Below, piece after piece: positions 47,040 through 58,416 of a stretch of 64,000 nucleotides of DNA. Every line of letters starts with the position of its first letter. The stretch's first letter is position 1. A program made the position numbers and the translations under genes. The notes beneath the pieces were generated by a model that saw only the letters and a list, made by a program, of their open reading frames with translations, was not told the origin of the DNA and searched no databases. This DNA is from an uncultured Ferrimicrobium sp. (GTDB lineage: Bacteria > Actinomycetota > Acidimicrobiia > Acidimicrobiales > RAAP-2): assembly GCA_964434455.1 (NCBI GenBank), contig CAYSVK010000003.1, positions 240,248-304,247 of the forward strand. Reading direction: 5' to 3'.

Positions 47040-48419
47040 GTGGCCCGCACGCTGTACGACAAGCTCTACGACGAACACGTCGTCGCGACCGAGTCCGGCC
47101 GACCCCCGCTGCTGTACGTCGACTTGCATCTCATCCACGAGGTGACGAGTCCGCAGGCCTTCGAAGGACTGCGGACCGCGGGGCGCAAGGTGCGGAGACC
47201 CGATCGCACGCTCGCGACGGCCGATCACAATGTGCCCACCGATCCCCTTGCCGTCCCGGTCGCTGACCCGGTGTCGCGCCACCAACTCGAAGCGCTCGAG
47301 GAGAACTGCCATGAGTTTGGCGTGGCGCTCTTTCCGCGCGGACACGCCAATCAGGGCATCGTGCACGTCATCGGTCCGGAGCTCGGCGTGACCCTGCCGG
47401 GTTCGCTCATCGTGTGTGGCGACAGTCACACTTCGACGCACGGTGCGTTCGGGGCGCTGGCCTTCGGGATCGGCACGAGCGAGGTCGAACACGTGCTCGC
47501 AACCCAAACAATTCCCCAGGCCCGCATGAAGACGATGGCCGTGACCATCGAGGGCAAACTCGACGCGACACTCAGCGCGAAGGATCTGGCGCTCGAAGTC
47601 ATCAGCCGTCTCGGCACTGGTGGCGGGCAGGGCTACGTGCTCGAGTATCGAGGCTCTGCGGTGCGTGCGCTCTCCATGGAGGGTCGCATGACCCTCTGCA
47701 ACATGAGCATTGAAGCGGGTGCGCGCGCCGGAATGATCGCGGTCGACGACACCACGATCGAGTATCTGCGTGGTCGCCCCGCCGTCCCGCAGGGCGCGGC
47801 GTTTGACGTCGCGTCAACGAGATGGCGACGCTACGTCAGTGATCCTGACGCGGAGTTCGACGCCGAAATTCAACTGGACGCCGCGACGAGCACCGCGCAC
47901 GTCACCTGGGGGACGAACCCGTCGCAAGTCACCGCCGTGCACGGCACTGTGCCCGCGCCCACAAGTGAGGCTGACGAGCGAGCGCTCACGTACATGGGAC
48001 TGAGCGCCGGTCAACGAATGGACGAAGTCTCCGTCGACGTCGTCTTTATTGGCTCGTGCACCAACTCGCGCATCGAAGATTTGCGCCGCGCCGCCGACGT
48101 GCTGCGTGGCGGCCACATCGCCTCGTCGGTGCGCGCACTCGTCGTGCCGGGATCACGTCGCGTCAAAGAGCAGGCCGAACGCGAAGGTCTCGACACCGTG
48201 TTTTTCGCCGCCGGCGCGGAGTGGCGCGAACCGGGCTGTTCGATGTGCCTCGGGATGAATCCCGATCAGCTCTCTCCCGGCCAGCGCTGCGCGGCGACGA
48301 GCAACCGCAACTTTGAGGGCCGCCAGGGTCGAGGCGGCCGCACCCATCTGGTCTCTCCAGAAGTTGCGGCCGCAACTGCAATTCTGGGTCGCTTCGCCAC
48401 TCCCAACGAGGTCCGCTGA
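47040..48419 (+). CDS. leuC: 3-isopropylmalate dehydratase large subunit
   Basis: [47 protein letters not shown]. Confidence 0.96.
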   Translation: MARTLYDKLYDEHVVATESGRPPLLYVDLHLIHEVTSPQAFEGLRTAGRKVRRPDRTLATADHNVPTDPLAVPVADPVSRHQLEALEENCHEFGVALFPRGHANQGIVHVIGPELGVTLPGSLIVCGDSHTSTHGAFGALAFGIGTSEVEHVLATQTIPQARMKTMAVTIEGKLDATLSAKDLALEVISRLGTGGGQGYVLEYRGSAVRALSMEGRMTLCNMSIEAGARAGMIAVDDTTIEYLRGRPAVPQGAAFDVASTRWRRYVSDPDAEFDAEIQLDAATSTAHVTWGTNPSQVTAVHGTVPAPTSEADERALTYMGLSAGQRMDEVSVDVVFIGSCTNSRIEDLRRAADVLRGGHIASSVRALVVPGSRRVKEQAEREGLDTVFFAAGAEWREPGCSMCLGMNPDQLSPGQRCAATSNRNFEGRQGRGGRTHLVSPEVAAATAILGRFATPNEVR

Positions 48420-49054
48420 TGCAAGCGGTCACGGTCATTGAGGGGGGCGCGGCACCGCTTGATCGATCCGATGTCGATACCGACCAAATCATTCCCTCGG
48501 AGTGGCTAAAGCGCACCGAGCGCGCGGGATTCGGTCGCGGACTATTCAGCGAGTGGAGCGACGAGCCGTCATTTGTGCTCAACCAGTCCGAGTATCTGGG
48601 CGCGAGCATTCTGCTGGCGGGCGATCGCTTCGGGACTGGATCGTCACGCGAACACGCCGTGTGGGCTCTCGTTGACTACGGCTTTCGCGCCGTGGTGGCT
48701 ACCAGCTTTGGCGACATCTTCATGAGCAACGCCGTGCAGAGTTCTCTGGTCACCGCCACGGTCTCGCGAGCCGACCTCGACGAACTAATCGCCCTCGTAC
48801 GTGAGCGACCGACGACACACCTCGTCGTGGATCTCTCATCACTGCTCATTGAGGCGCCGTCGGACGGTCGCCAATGGCCCTTCACCATCTCTGAAGCCAC
48901 TCGGGAGCGACTGGTTAACGGGTGGGATGACGTCGATCTCGCGATGCGCCATGGCAACGAAATTGCGAACTTCGAAGCGGAGCGCGACGAAGTGGCCATT
49001 CCCGCAGGACAGTTCTTTGATGCCGCAGGCTCGCTCATAAACTTCACCGACTAA
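48419..49054 (+). CDS. leuD: 3-isopropylmalate dehydratase small subunit
   Basis: DVDTDQIIP, FGTGSSREHA, FGDIF. Confidence 0.95.
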   Translation: MQAVTVIEGGAAPLDRSDVDTDQIIPSEWLKRTERAGFGRGLFSEWSDEPSFVLNQSEYLGASILLAGDRFGTGSSREHAVWALVDYGFRAVVATSFGDIFMSNAVQSSLVTATVSRADLDELIALVRERPTTHLVVDLSSLLIEAPSDGRQWPFTISEATRERLVNGWDDVDLAMRHGNEIANFEAERDEVAIPAGQFFDAAGSLINFTD

Positions 49055-49067
49055 CCGGGAAGGAAGA

Positions 49068-49805
49068 ATGGCCGAGTTCACTGAGGTCTTTTCGTCGTTG
49101 CGCGACGTCAATGGCTGGATGACTGAAGACCAGGCTCGCCGGCTGTGGGACAACGCTCGTCCACTTCACGCGGGACAGCGCATCGTCGAAATCGGCAGCT
49201 TCCAAGGTCGATCCACCGTGGTGCTGGCGTCAGCCAGCGCTCCGGGCGTTGAGGTGATCGCAATCGACCCTCACGGAGGCAACGACCGCGGGCCCCAAGA
49301 GATTGAGGGATTCGTCGCTGAAGCCGAGGATGACCACCAGCAGTTCAACGCCAACCTCGAGCGCGCGGGCGTGCGCGACCGCGTCACGCACCTGCGCAAA
49401 TTCTCGAACGCCGCACTCACCGACGTGCCCGGCCAGGTGGACTTGCTCTACATCGATGGAGCGCATCGCTTCGCCCCCGCGAGCCAGGACATCCGCCAGT
49501 GGGGCGACAAGGTCGTCATGGGTGGGCGGATGTTGATCCATGACAGTTTCAGTTCCATCGGGGTCACGCTGGCCCTGTCGGCTACGACCTTTTGGTCGAG
49601 TCGGTGGCGCTACGAGGGCCGCAGCCAGTCAATGACTCAGTTCGTGAAAGGTCCGCTCTCGAGAAGTGAGCGGCTTCGTTCGCTCGGGCGACAAGTGGCC
49701 CAACTGCCGTACTTCGCGCTGAATGTTCTCTACAAAGTGCTGCTCACCGCAAAGTTGACCAAAGTGGCCAAAGCGCTCGGCTCTACCGGAGAGTGGCCCT
49801 ACTAG
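49068..49805 (+). CDS. Class I SAM-dependent methyltransferase (Methyltransf_24-like)
   Basis: VEIGSFQGRST, LLYIDGAH, LIHD. Confidence 0.85.
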   Translation: MAEFTEVFSSLRDVNGWMTEDQARRLWDNARPLHAGQRIVEIGSFQGRSTVVLASASAPGVEVIAIDPHGGNDRGPQEIEGFVAEAEDDHQQFNANLERAGVRDRVTHLRKFSNAALTDVPGQVDLLYIDGAHRFAPASQDIRQWGDKVVMGGRMLIHDSFSSIGVTLALSATTFWSSRWRYEGRSQSMTQFVKGPLSRSERLRSLGRQVAQLPYFALNVLYKVLLTAKLTKVAKALGSTGEWPY

Positions 49806-50419
49806 CGAGCGTCGGCGAAGACCACCACTGAGGTATCGGCCTGGTGGTGCCGGTAGTACGCCAATCCTGCGATCGCGAGGTTGCCCGCCATCGCCATTGC
49901 CGTCGCAAACGCCGGTGCCCAGTTGTGCACACCGGCGTAGTACACGATCCACATCACTGAGCAGAGCGAACCAACGAGCCAACTGCCGACCGAGACGCCG
50001 AGGTCACCGCGGTTACGCGCCAACGTCAAGATCTGGGGCAGACGGTTAAATACCATCGCGACGCCGATGCCGTAAACACCGGCAGTCCAGCCAAACAGCG
50101 CCGCGGGCAACGCCGAGGATGCGCCAATAAAGATCACGGAGCGCACGAGAGCGCGACGATGCTTCAATGGTTCCAGGCGAGAAACGACGTAGATCTGCAT
50201 GGGAGCGACGATGAGCGCTCCGGCAACGATGATCGGCGAGTGCCGATCGATGCCGTAGGTGATCCAGAACATCCCCATCAGAACGAACTGGAACCACGTC
50301 ACGAGCGAGATCCCGTCCACCGAGATTCTGCGAGCGCGATGGAACTGGACGTACGTCGATCCGGCCCCGAGCGAGACGCCCATCCAGCCGACAACGTCAG
50401 CGAAATGCGCCCCGTTCAT
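49802..50419 (-). CDS. PQ-loop/SWEET-like membrane transporter
   Basis: About 7 TM with a duplicated triple-helix pattern; RLPQI, GVSVGSW. Confidence 0.65.
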   Translation of the reverse strand: MNGAHFADVVGWMGVSLGAGSTYVQFHRARRISVDGISLVTWFQFVLMGMFWITYGIDRHSPIIVAGALIVAPMQIYVVSRLEPLKHRRALVRSVIFIGASSALPAALFGWTAGVYGIGVAMVFNRLPQILTLARNRGDLGVSVGSWLVGSLCSVMWIVYYAGVHNWAPAFATAMAMAGNLAIAGLAYYRHHQADTSVVVFADAR

Positions 50420-50468
50420 CGGTCAATCGTACTGAGGCCCCTCGGTATTGCCTCGTCACTGACGGCGA

Positions 50469-52142
50469 TCAGCGCCGTCGATTGGCCGCAGAGATCACCG
50501 CCGCAAGTGACGCGTCAAGGATTGACGAACTCATGCCGACTCCCCACCACGTCGCTCCCGAGGAGTCAGCCGCTTCGACGTACGCCACCGCAGACGCGCC
50601 GGCACCCTCAGTAAGAGCGTGCTCGTGGTAGTCGCGAATCGAGAAGTCGACGCCGAGCTCTTCACGCAGTCCCGCCATGAGCGCGTCAATTGGGCCGTTG
50701 CCTTCACCCTTTACGGTGACGTGAGCGGCGTCGACGAGCAGCTGCGCGAAGATTCGCGTCTGATGGCTGTCGGCAGTGACTTCGCTTGAGAGCAACTGAA
50801 TGGCGGCGGTTTCGGGCAAGTACGTGGTCGAAAAGGCCTGCCAGAGCTCCCCCGGGCTGATCTCGGTGCCGCTGGACTCAGTGATCTCTTGGACCTGTTT
50901 GGAGAACTCCACTTGCAGCGCGCGCGGCAAATCGAGCCCGTGCTCCGCATTGAGCACGTAGGCAACCCCGCCCTTGCCGGACTGGGAGTTGACCCGGATG
51001 ATCGCCTCGTAAGTTCGACCAGTGTGCTTGGGGTCGATGGGCAGATACGGCACCTCCCAGCGCTCGTAGTTATCCCCGAGTGCGGTCATGCCCTTTTTGA
51101 TGGCGTCTTGGTGCGAGCCCGAGAACGCGGTGTAGACGAGTTCGCCGACGTAGGGGTGGCGTGGATGAATAGGCAGGCGATTCGCGTACTCCGCGACGTG
51201 GCGCACCGCGTCAATGTCGCGCAGGTCGAGTTCAGGATCAACGCCCTGGCTGAACAAGTTCAGTGCGAGAGTCACGACGTCGACGTTGCCGGTGCGCTCG
51301 CCGTTGCCAAAGAGGGTCCCTTCGACGCGGTCGGCGCCGGCCAGCACGCCCAGTTCGGCCGCCGCGACCGCGGTGCCGCGGTCGTTGTGGGGGTGCAGCG
51401 ACAGCACGATGGAGTCACGTCGCGAGATGTGCCGGAGGAACCACTCAATCGAATCGGCGTACAGGTTCGGCGAGTACATCTCCACCGTGGCCGGCAAATT
51501 CAAGATGAGCGGCCGCTCGGGGGTTGGGTCGATGACGTCAATCACGGCGTCACAGATCTCCACCGCGTACTCCAATTCAGTTCCCGTGAAACTCTCCGGC
51601 GAGTACTCGTAGAGGAACTCTGTTGACGGCGACGTCGACTCAAGTGAGCGACAGAGAGCCGCCGCGTCGGTGGCGATTTGGGTGATGCCGGCCTGGTCGA
51701 GGCCAAAGACCACACGGCGCTGCAACGTGGAGGTCGAGTTGTAGAAGTGGATGATCGCGCGCGCCGCGCCGTGGACCGACTCGTAGGTGCGACGAATGAG
51801 GTCCTCGCGGCACTGGGTCAGAACCTGAATCGTCACGTCGCTCGGAATCAGGTCGTCTTCGATGATCCGGCGCACGAAGTCGAAATCGGGCTGGCTGGCG
51901 GAAGGAAAGCCGACTTCGATCTCCTTGAATCCCATCTTCACCAGTTGGCGAAACATGGTGAGCTTGCGCTCCTCGTCCATTGGATCAATCAGGGCCTGAT
52001 TGCCGTCGCGCAGGTCCACGCTGCACCACCGCGGAGCGGCCACCAGGCGCCGGTCGGGCCAGATGCGATCGGTGAGGTCCACCGGCACCGTCGCGCGGTA
52101 CTTCGAGAACGCCATCGGACTCGGGTTCTGGGCCGATTTCAC
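50469..52142 (-). CDS. leuA: 2-isopropylmalate synthase (yeast/actinobacterial type)
   Basis: DLRDGNQAL, YSPESF, NLPATVE, HPHNDRG, GNGERTGN, RVNSQSGKGG; start may be GTG a few codons in. Confidence 0.96.
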   Translation of the reverse strand: MKSAQNPSPMAFSKYRATVPVDLTDRIWPDRRLVAAPRWCSVDLRDGNQALIDPMDEERKLTMFRQLVKMGFKEIEVGFPSASQPDFDFVRRIIEDDLIPSDVTIQVLTQCREDLIRRTYESVHGAARAIIHFYNSTSTLQRRVVFGLDQAGITQIATDAAALCRSLESTSPSTEFLYEYSPESFTGTELEYAVEICDAVIDVIDPTPERPLILNLPATVEMYSPNLYADSIEWFLRHISRRDSIVLSLHPHNDRGTAVAAAELGVLAGADRVEGTLFGNGERTGNVDVVTLALNLFSQGVDPELDLRDIDAVRHVAEYANRLPIHPRHPYVGELVYTAFSGSHQDAIKKGMTALGDNYERWEVPYLPIDPKHTGRTYEAIIRVNSQSGKGGVAYVLNAEHGLDLPRALQVEFSKQVQEITESSGTEISPGELWQAFSTTYLPETAAIQLLSSEVTADSHQTRIFAQLLVDAAHVTVKGEGNGPIDALMAGLREELGVDFSIRDYHEHALTEGAGASAVAYVEAADSSGATWWGVGMSSSILDASLAAVISAANRRR

Positions 52143-52180
52143 TGGACTCTCCTGATGCTCACGGTGCTCACTTAGATAAC

Positions 52181-52207
52181 AAAAAACCTCCCGCGGCTGC
52201 GGGAGGT
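52181..52207 (-). terminator. Rho-independent terminator of the leuA attenuator
   Basis: - strand ACCTCCCGC-AGCC-GCGGGAGGT followed by TTTTT(GTT). Confidence 0.85.
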
Positions 52208-52233
52208 GACGGGCCGGCGCGGGTGCGCCAGCC

Positions 52234-52272
52234 CTAGGTAAGAAGCAGTCGGCTGGACAGCGTCCTCAACAT
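52234..52272 (-). CDS. leuA attenuator leader peptide [12 protein letters not shown]
   Basis: 5 of 12 codons are Leu, including a CTG-CTT-CTT run; TACAAT -10 box (52279-52284) 6 nt before ATG; terminator downstream. Confidence 0.85.
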   Translation of the reverse strand: MLRTLSSRLLLT

Positions 52273-52327
52273 GTCGCCATTGTACCGACGCGACCGTGCA
52301 TCTCTCTGTCGGGGGTACTGTCGCGCG

Positions 52328-52513
52328 GTGCCTCGAGTGCTGCGCTCACTTCGCCGAGTTGTTCGACTCGGATCCATCGCCGCCATCACCACACTTGTGA
52401 TCACCGCCGTTCGCGCCAAGTTCAGCCCACCGAAGACCCCCGTGAACTTCGATCAGTGGCCCGAGGTCCCGGCGAATCCCGCCCACGAATCTGCAGCACA
52501 AGGAGAGTCATGA
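52328..52513 (+). CDS. Small membrane-anchored hypothetical protein
   Basis: Basic N-terminus, hydrophobic helix and WPEVP motif; ATGA overlap with the next gene. Confidence 0.5.
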   Translation: MPRVLRSLRRVVRLGSIAAITTLVITAVRAKFSPPKTPVNFDQWPEVPANPAHESAAQGES

Positions 52514-53481
52514 CTGATATGGAATATCGCCACTTGGGCCGATCGGGACTGCGCGTCTCGGTTCTGTCGTTTGGAAGTTGGGTCAGCTTCGGCGCTCAAC
52601 TGGACGTCGGATTCGCGGCGGACTGCCTGGCCGCGGCGAAAGATGCGGGCGTCAACTTCTTTGACAACGCCGAGAGCTACGCCGGCGGCGAGTCCGAAAA
52701 GATCATGGGAGCGGCGATTCGCCAACTCGGCTGGGCGCGCCACGAGTACGTGATCTCGACCAAGCTCTTTTGGGGGCTTCACCCCGACGTCAATATGCGC
52801 AACACGCTCAATCGCAAGTACCTCACCCAGGCGATCGACGGCTCACTGCAGCGCTTCGGACTCGATTTCGTTGACCTCGTGTTCTGTCACCGTCCCGACC
52901 CAAAGACGCCAATCGAAGAGACCGTGTGGGCGATGAGCGACATGGTGAGCCAGGGCAAGGCGCACTACTGGGGCACCTCAGAGTGGAGTGCAGACGAAAT
53001 TCGCGCCGCGTGGGAGATCGCCGACCGTCACCACCTCCACAAGCCCGTGATGGATCAGCCGCAGTACAACATCTTCTGGCGAGACCGCGTGGAGAAGGAG
53101 TACAAGCGGCTCTATGAGGACATCGGTCTCGGCCTCACGATTTGGTCTCCGCTCGCGAGCGGACTTTTGACCGGCAAGTACCTCAATGGAGCGCCGGAGG
53201 GCAGCCGGGCGACGCTGCCGGGCTACGAGTGGCTGAACAAGATGTTGACTGACGAGAAGCGCAACGCCAAAGTCGCGGAGTTAGCGGCAATCGCCAATGA
53301 GTTAGGCATCTCGCTCGCCGAAATGTCGATCGCGTGGTGCGCGAAAAATCCGAATGTCTCCACCGTGATTACCGGCGCCTCCAACCCCGATCAAGTCCAC
53401 CAGAACATGAAGTCACTGGCGGCCATTCCTCTGCTCACCAAAGATGTGCTGGACCGAATTGACGTGATCAGCCTCTTTTGA
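52510..53481 (+). CDS. Aldo/keto reductase (Kv-beta-like)
   Basis: [45 protein letters not shown]; AGGAG RBS. Confidence 0.93.
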   Translation: MTDMEYRHLGRSGLRVSVLSFGSWVSFGAQLDVGFAADCLAAAKDAGVNFFDNAESYAGGESEKIMGAAIRQLGWARHEYVISTKLFWGLHPDVNMRNTLNRKYLTQAIDGSLQRFGLDFVDLVFCHRPDPKTPIEETVWAMSDMVSQGKAHYWGTSEWSADEIRAAWEIADRHHLHKPVMDQPQYNIFWRDRVEKEYKRLYEDIGLGLTIWSPLASGLLTGKYLNGAPEGSRATLPGYEWLNKMLTDEKRNAKVAELAAIANELGISLAEMSIAWCAKNPNVSTVITGASNPDQVHQNMKSLAAIPLLTKDVLDRIDVISLF

Positions 53482-53482
53482 C

Positions 53483-53779
53483 GTGAGCGACGAGCCCGAC
53501 AGTCATCTTTCGATCGCCGAACGCGCTCAGCGCGGTGCGGCACTGCGTCGCAACATGCGGCGCAAGAAATTTGACAAATTGCCCGCACGGATCCCGGGCG
53601 GCATGGCATTCGTGGCGATCTTGACGGCTGGCCTGTTGACGTTCCTCGGGTACTCACTCGCGACGGTTCATTCGAACGGCACGAATCTGCCACCGTGCAA
53701 GAAGGCCGGCGACTCGTTCTTCACCACCACAACGGCGTGCGTATCGACGACCCGGTCCCCGGGAGGGCTCGTCCCCTAA
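53483..53779 (+). CDS. Small membrane hypothetical protein
   Basis: One TM helix and two cysteines in the C-terminal part. Confidence 0.5.
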   Translation: MSDEPDSHLSIAERAQRGAALRRNMRRKKFDKLPARIPGGMAFVAILTAGLLTFLGYSLATVHSNGTNLPPCKKAGDSFFTTTTACVSTTRSPGGLVP

Positions 53780-55347
53780 AGCGAGATCACGTGGATGTCA
53801 GTGATACCGGCCGTCGCGCGCAGTCGAGCAATCGTCGTTGCCGGGGTCGCATCGCTGGTGGAGAGCACCATCATCGCGGTCCCATCGGCCGGACTCGGTC
53901 CCACCGCCATCGAGGAGATCGAGATCTCAGCGTCGCCGAGAGCCGTGCCGACGATGCCGATCATGCCGGGACGGTCGTCGTTGCGCACAACGAGCATCGA
54001 CGCGGCCGGAGGGATCTCGACGCTGTGACCGTCGACGGTAACGATGCGTGGCTCGATCTTGGTACCCACCATCGCCAACGTGCCCGACACCTCATGGCCG
54101 CTGCTGCGCACCGTGATGAGGTTGACGTACTCCTGGGAAACGACGGTCGAGGATTCAGAAAACGACACGCTGTGCTCGCTCGCGAGCGCTGGGGCGTTCA
54201 CAAAGGACACCGCGTCGTGCCCGGTCGCGGCGAAGAGTCCCTTGAGGGCACACAGGGTGAGGATTTTCGTTCCGGCGCCGGCCAGCTCACCTTGGTAGAG
54301 GACCTCGAGGTCGGCCGGTTCACCGTCGAGTAGTCCACCGATGAAGCGGCCGAGTAGTTCGGCGAGTCCCATAAACGGCCGCACCACGTCAGACACGTCG
54401 CCGGCCTTCACGTTGACGGCGAAGGGAACGAAGTCCCCCGCGAGTGCCAAACGCACTTGCTCGGCAATGGTCACGCCCGCTTTGTCTTGGGCTTCGACGG
54501 TGGACGCGCCAAGGTGCGGCACCACCACCACCGAGGGCAGTTCAAAGAGCGGAGATTCTGTGCACGGTTCTTTTTCGAAGACGTCCAATGCGGCGCCTTG
54601 CACGTGACCGCTGCGGATGGCGTCGGCCAGATCTGATTCAACGACAATCCCGCCGCGCGCCACATTGATGATGCGCACACCGCGCTTGGCCTTCGCGAGC
54701 GCCTTGGCATCGATGAGACCGGTCGTTTCTTTGTTCTTCGGTAGGTGAATCGTGATGAAGTCGCTCTGCGCCAACAGGTCATCGAGCGACATCAGCTCCA
54801 CTCCCATATGGCGAGCCCGCTCTTCAGAGACAAAGGGGTCATAGGCCACGAGGCGCATGCCAAAGGCCGAGGCGCGCTGGGCGACGAGCGCTCCAATGCG
54901 GCCGAGCCCCACCACGCCCAGCGTTTTGCCGTGCAGTTCGACGCCCTCCCATTTGGAGCGCTCCCACTTGCCGGCCTTCAGTGCACTGTGAGCTTGGGGA
55001 ATGTTGCGAGCCTGGGCCAACAGCAGTGCGACGGTCTGCTCGGCGGCCGAGAGAATGTTCGACTGCGGGGCGTTGACAACCATGACTCCAAGTTCGGTCG
55101 CCCGTTCGACGTCGACGTTGTCCAGACCGATGCCGGCACGTCCGACGACGACCAACTCACGTCCGGCTTCGAGTGTCGCGCTATCGACTTGAGTCGCGGA
55201 GCGCACGATGATGGCGCTGGCTCCCACAATGGCTTCGAGCAGTTGTTCGGGACTGAGCCCCAATTGCACGTCAACGTCGTGGCCAGCGGCACGAAGATCA
55301 CTGAGACCGGACTCAGCAATCTCCTCGGTGACTAGAACACGGGCCAC
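53776..55347 (-). CDS. serA: D-3-phosphoglycerate dehydrogenase
   Basis: GRAGIGLDNVD, GLGRIG, NVARGG, DVFEKEP, PHLGAST; C-terminal ACT domain. Confidence 0.95.
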   Translation of the reverse strand: MARVLVTEEIAESGLSDLRAAGHDVDVQLGLSPEQLLEAIVGASAIIVRSATQVDSATLEAGRELVVVGRAGIGLDNVDVERATELGVMVVNAPQSNILSAAEQTVALLLAQARNIPQAHSALKAGKWERSKWEGVELHGKTLGVVGLGRIGALVAQRASAFGMRLVAYDPFVSEERARHMGVELMSLDDLLAQSDFITIHLPKNKETTGLIDAKALAKAKRGVRIINVARGGIVVESDLADAIRSGHVQGAALDVFEKEPCTESPLFELPSVVVVPHLGASTVEAQDKAGVTIAEQVRLALAGDFVPFAVNVKAGDVSDVVRPFMGLAELLGRFIGGLLDGEPADLEVLYQGELAGAGTKILTLCALKGLFAATGHDAVSFVNAPALASEHSVSFSESSTVVSQEYVNLITVRSSGHEVSGTLAMVGTKIEPRIVTVDGHSVEIPPAASMLVVRNDDRPGMIGIVGTALGDAEISISSMAVGPSPADGTAMMVLSTSDATPATTIARLRATAGITDIHVISL

Positions 55348-55400
55348 GAACGTACCTCTCTCTTTCGTGTCAAGGCTACGGGGAGCCTCAGAGCGAACGC

Positions 55401-56600
55401 TCAGCCGGCCCCAACGAGCGAGCGGAACCGTTCGAGTCCCTCAACCAGGTCCTCGTCGCCGAGCGCGTACGAGAGGCGGAAGTATCCCGGTGCGCCGAAG
55501 GCCTCGCCGGGAACGACGGCAATCTTCGCGGACTCGAGCAGAACTTCGGCGAGCTCCGCGGAGCTCGTTGAAATCTTTCCCGCGATAGATCGACCGAACA
55601 GACCAGTGACATTCGGGAAGCAGTAGAACGCGCCCATCGGCTCGGTGCAACTGACGCCGTCGATCGCGTTGAGCATCGTGGTCATTGTTGTGCGACGGAT
55701 ATCGAATGCACGACGCATCATCGCGACCGCTTCGAGGTCACCGGTGAGCGCCGCAACCGCGGCCCGCTGAGAGATGTTCGAAATGTTGGACGTCGTCTGG
55801 CTCTGGTAGTTGATGGCGGCGTCGACAACGTCTTGAGGACCAAGCAGCCATCCAATACGCCAACCGGTCATCGCGTAGGTCTTGGCGACGCCGTTGACCA
55901 CGACCCAGCGATCAGCCACTTCGGGCGCCACGACGGGAACCGACACGTGTTGGGCGTCTCCGTAAACCAAGTGCTCGTAGATCTCGTCGCTCAGGACCCA
56001 GATGTTGTGAGCCGCGGCCCACCGTCCAATCGCGGCCACGTCTTCGGGTCGCGCGACCGCTCCAGTGGGGTTGCACGGCGAGACGAAGGTCAACACTTTG
56101 GTCCGCGGCGTGCGTGCCGCCTCGAGATCCTCGACCGTGACGCGAAACCCGTTGCTCTCCTGGCTCATGACGGGCACCGCCACTCCCCCGGCGAGGTAGA
56201 CGGCCTCGGGGTACGTCGTCCAGAACGGAGCGGGAATGAGCACTTCGTCGCCCGGATCGAGCAGGGCCATGTACGCGGAAATCACCGCGTGCTTTCCGCC
56301 GTTGGTAACCATTGATTGAGCGGCTGATACCTCAAGTCCCGAGTCCCGTTTCGATTTGTACGCAATCGCGTCGCGAAGTTCGGGCAGTCCCGCGGTCGGG
56401 GTGTACTTGTGATTCGACGGCTCGTAACAGGCGCGCGCTGCGGCCTCGACAATGTGTTCTGGAGTTGGAAAGTTGGGCTCGCCCGCGCCGTAGCCAATGA
56501 CCGGCTCGCCCGCGGCCTTCAGTGCTTTCGCTTTCGCGTCGACCGCCAACGTCGCCGACGGAGCAAGGCCCCGGAGTCGTTCGCTCACACGGCTCGACAT
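55401..56600 (-). CDS. PLP-dependent class I/II aminotransferase (aspartate aminotransferase family)
   Basis: [38 protein letters not shown]. Confidence 0.92.
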   Translation of the reverse strand: MSSRVSERLRGLAPSATLAVDAKAKALKAAGEPVIGYGAGEPNFPTPEHIVEAAARACYEPSNHKYTPTAGLPELRDAIAYKSKRDSGLEVSAAQSMVTNGGKHAVISAYMALLDPGDEVLIPAPFWTTYPEAVYLAGGVAVPVMSQESNGFRVTVEDLEAARTPRTKVLTFVSPCNPTGAVARPEDVAAIGRWAAAHNIWVLSDEIYEHLVYGDAQHVSVPVVAPEVADRWVVVNGVAKTYAMTGWRIGWLLGPQDVVDAAINYQSQTTSNISNISQRAAVAALTGDLEAVAMMRRAFDIRRTTMTTMLNAIDGVSCTEPMGAFYCFPNVTGLFGRSIAGKISTSSAELAEVLLESAKIAVVPGEAFGAPGYFRLSYALGDEDLVEGLERFRSLVGAG

Positions 56601-56636
56601 GATCGGCTTTTTCCCTTCGGCAGTAAGAATGATTCT

Positions 56637-57761
56637 ATGAGTTCTTCCGACGACATCCGCATCCCGAGCGAGTTGCTGCCGAAGGATGGACGCTTCGGCA
56701 GCGGTCCATCAAAGGTACGCAAGGAGCAGGTCGACGCTCTCGCCGCGCACTGGCAGGACTACCTCGGCACCTCGCACCGACAGGCCACCGTGCGTTCCAA
56801 AGTGGGCGAGATTCGTGACGGTCTCCGTGAGCTGTTTCAACTGCCCGAGGGCTACGAAGTCCTGCTCGGCAACGGCGGCACCACGGCATTTTGGGATTCG
56901 GCCACATTTCACTTGATTGACGCGCAGAGCCAACACCTCAGTTTTGGAGAGTTCTCGTTGAAGTTCGCGACGGCTGTGAAGGAAGCGCCGCACCTCAAAG
57001 ACCCGATCGTGATCACCACTGATCCCGGCTCGCACCCCCAAGCCCAACCGGACTCCAGTGTCGACACATTCGCCCTCACCCACAACGAAACTTCCACCGG
57101 AGTCGCGATGAAGATCGCACGGCCCGCCGGAGACGGTCTCGTGATCGTCGATGCCACTTCCGCCGCCGGTGCGGTGCCGGTCGATCCCACCCAGTTCGAC
57201 TGCTACTACTTCGCACCGCAGAAGTCCTTTGCGAGCGACGGCGGCCTGTGGCTGGCGCTCTGTTCACCCGCGGCGATTGAGCGCATTGAGCGACTTGCGG
57301 CGAGCACCCGCTGGACGCCGGCGTTCTTTAATCTCAAGACGGCGCTGGATAACTCTCGGCTGAATCAGACCTACAACACGCCCGCACTGGCGACGTTGCA
57401 CCTGCTCGCGAGTCAGATCGACTGGTTTAACACCCACGGTGGCATGTCGTTTTCGTCAGGGCGCAGCGCTCGGTCGGCCGAGATCCTGTACAGCTGGGCC
57501 GAGGCGTCGGACTTCGCGCAACCTTTCGTGGCAAATCCAGAGCAGCGCAGCCCGGTCGTTGGCACCATTGATCTGGTCGACGCAATTGATGCCGAAGTGA
57601 TCGTGAAGATCCTGCGCCGCCACGGCGTTGTTGATACCGATCCGTACCGAAAGCTGGGACGGAACCAACTGCGCATTGCCATGTTCCCGAACATTGACTC
57701 CGAAGACATTGCGTCGCTGTGTGCGTGCATCAACTACGTGGTTGGAGCCATCGCTTCTTAA
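56637..57761 (+). CDS. serC: Phosphoserine aminotransferase (actinobacterial type)
   Basis: [50 protein letters not shown]; start ATG 56637. Confidence 0.92.
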   Translation: MSSSDDIRIPSELLPKDGRFGSGPSKVRKEQVDALAAHWQDYLGTSHRQATVRSKVGEIRDGLRELFQLPEGYEVLLGNGGTTAFWDSATFHLIDAQSQHLSFGEFSLKFATAVKEAPHLKDPIVITTDPGSHPQAQPDSSVDTFALTHNETSTGVAMKIARPAGDGLVIVDATSAAGAVPVDPTQFDCYYFAPQKSFASDGGLWLALCSPAAIERIERLAASTRWTPAFFNLKTALDNSRLNQTYNTPALATLHLLASQIDWFNTHGGMSFSSGRSARSAEILYSWAEASDFAQPFVANPEQRSPVVGTIDLVDAIDAEVIVKILRRHGVVDTDPYRKLGRNQLRIAMFPNIDSEDIASLCACINYVVGAIAS

Positions 57762-58416
57762 CGTCGGGAGTTCGCGCACTCTTCGCGCACTTGGCGGCCA
57801 CTTGATTGATGTACTTGGGGGTGATGTTCGGCCCATGCCACACACCGGCGTGAACCTGAATCGCGAGCGTCATCGGCAAGGTCTCGACGTACCTAACTCC
57901 TCGTTCGGTGTAGTCAACGATGAATCCATCGACACACAACAAACCGACGCGGTCAAAGACCACGCGCGCTGCGAGTTGCGCGGACCGACACGGCTGACTC
58001 GGTCGACTCGCGCTCGCTCGATAACACGCGATCTGAGTGAAGCCGGTAAATCCCGCCGCCACTAACTGTTGCTGTGATCCCACTCCGGGGGGATAGGAGC
58101 CCTTCCCCACAGATTGACCGAGCGAATTTGCCGATACCGATTCGCTGTGAGTCACGACATTGGCCGAAGTAATGATCAGTCCCGAGGTCGACCGCGTGGC
58201 TAAGGGCCACGAGACAATCCACGCCGACGTGTTGAGTCGCTGTTCGGCAAGGAGATGGACGTGAAGCGGTCGCTGAATGGAAGTGCCCGGCTTCCCGTTT
58301 CCGTGAATCGCCGTGAACACCAACGTGGCAATGATGCTCGCGACTAGGACGACGAGCAGCTGGCGACCGGCGCGCCGCGGTCGGCGTGCGGGGATCTCAA
58401 AACTGGGCTCACTCAC
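57730..58416 (-). CDS. Hypothetical exported protein
   Basis: N-terminal TM helix; four cysteines; GTGA-type overlap with the ilvC 3' end. Confidence 0.55.
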   Translation of the reverse strand: MSEPSFEIPARRPRRAGRQLLVVLVASIIATLVFTAIHGNGKPGTSIQRPLHVHLLAEQRLNTSAWIVSWPLATRSTSGLIITSANVVTHSESVSANSLGQSVGKGSYPPGVGSQQQLVAAGFTGFTQIACYRASASRPSQPCRSAQLAARVVFDRVGLLCVDGFIVDYTERGVRYVETLPMTLAIQVHAGVWHGPNITPKYINQVAAKCAKSARTPDVKKRWLQPRS

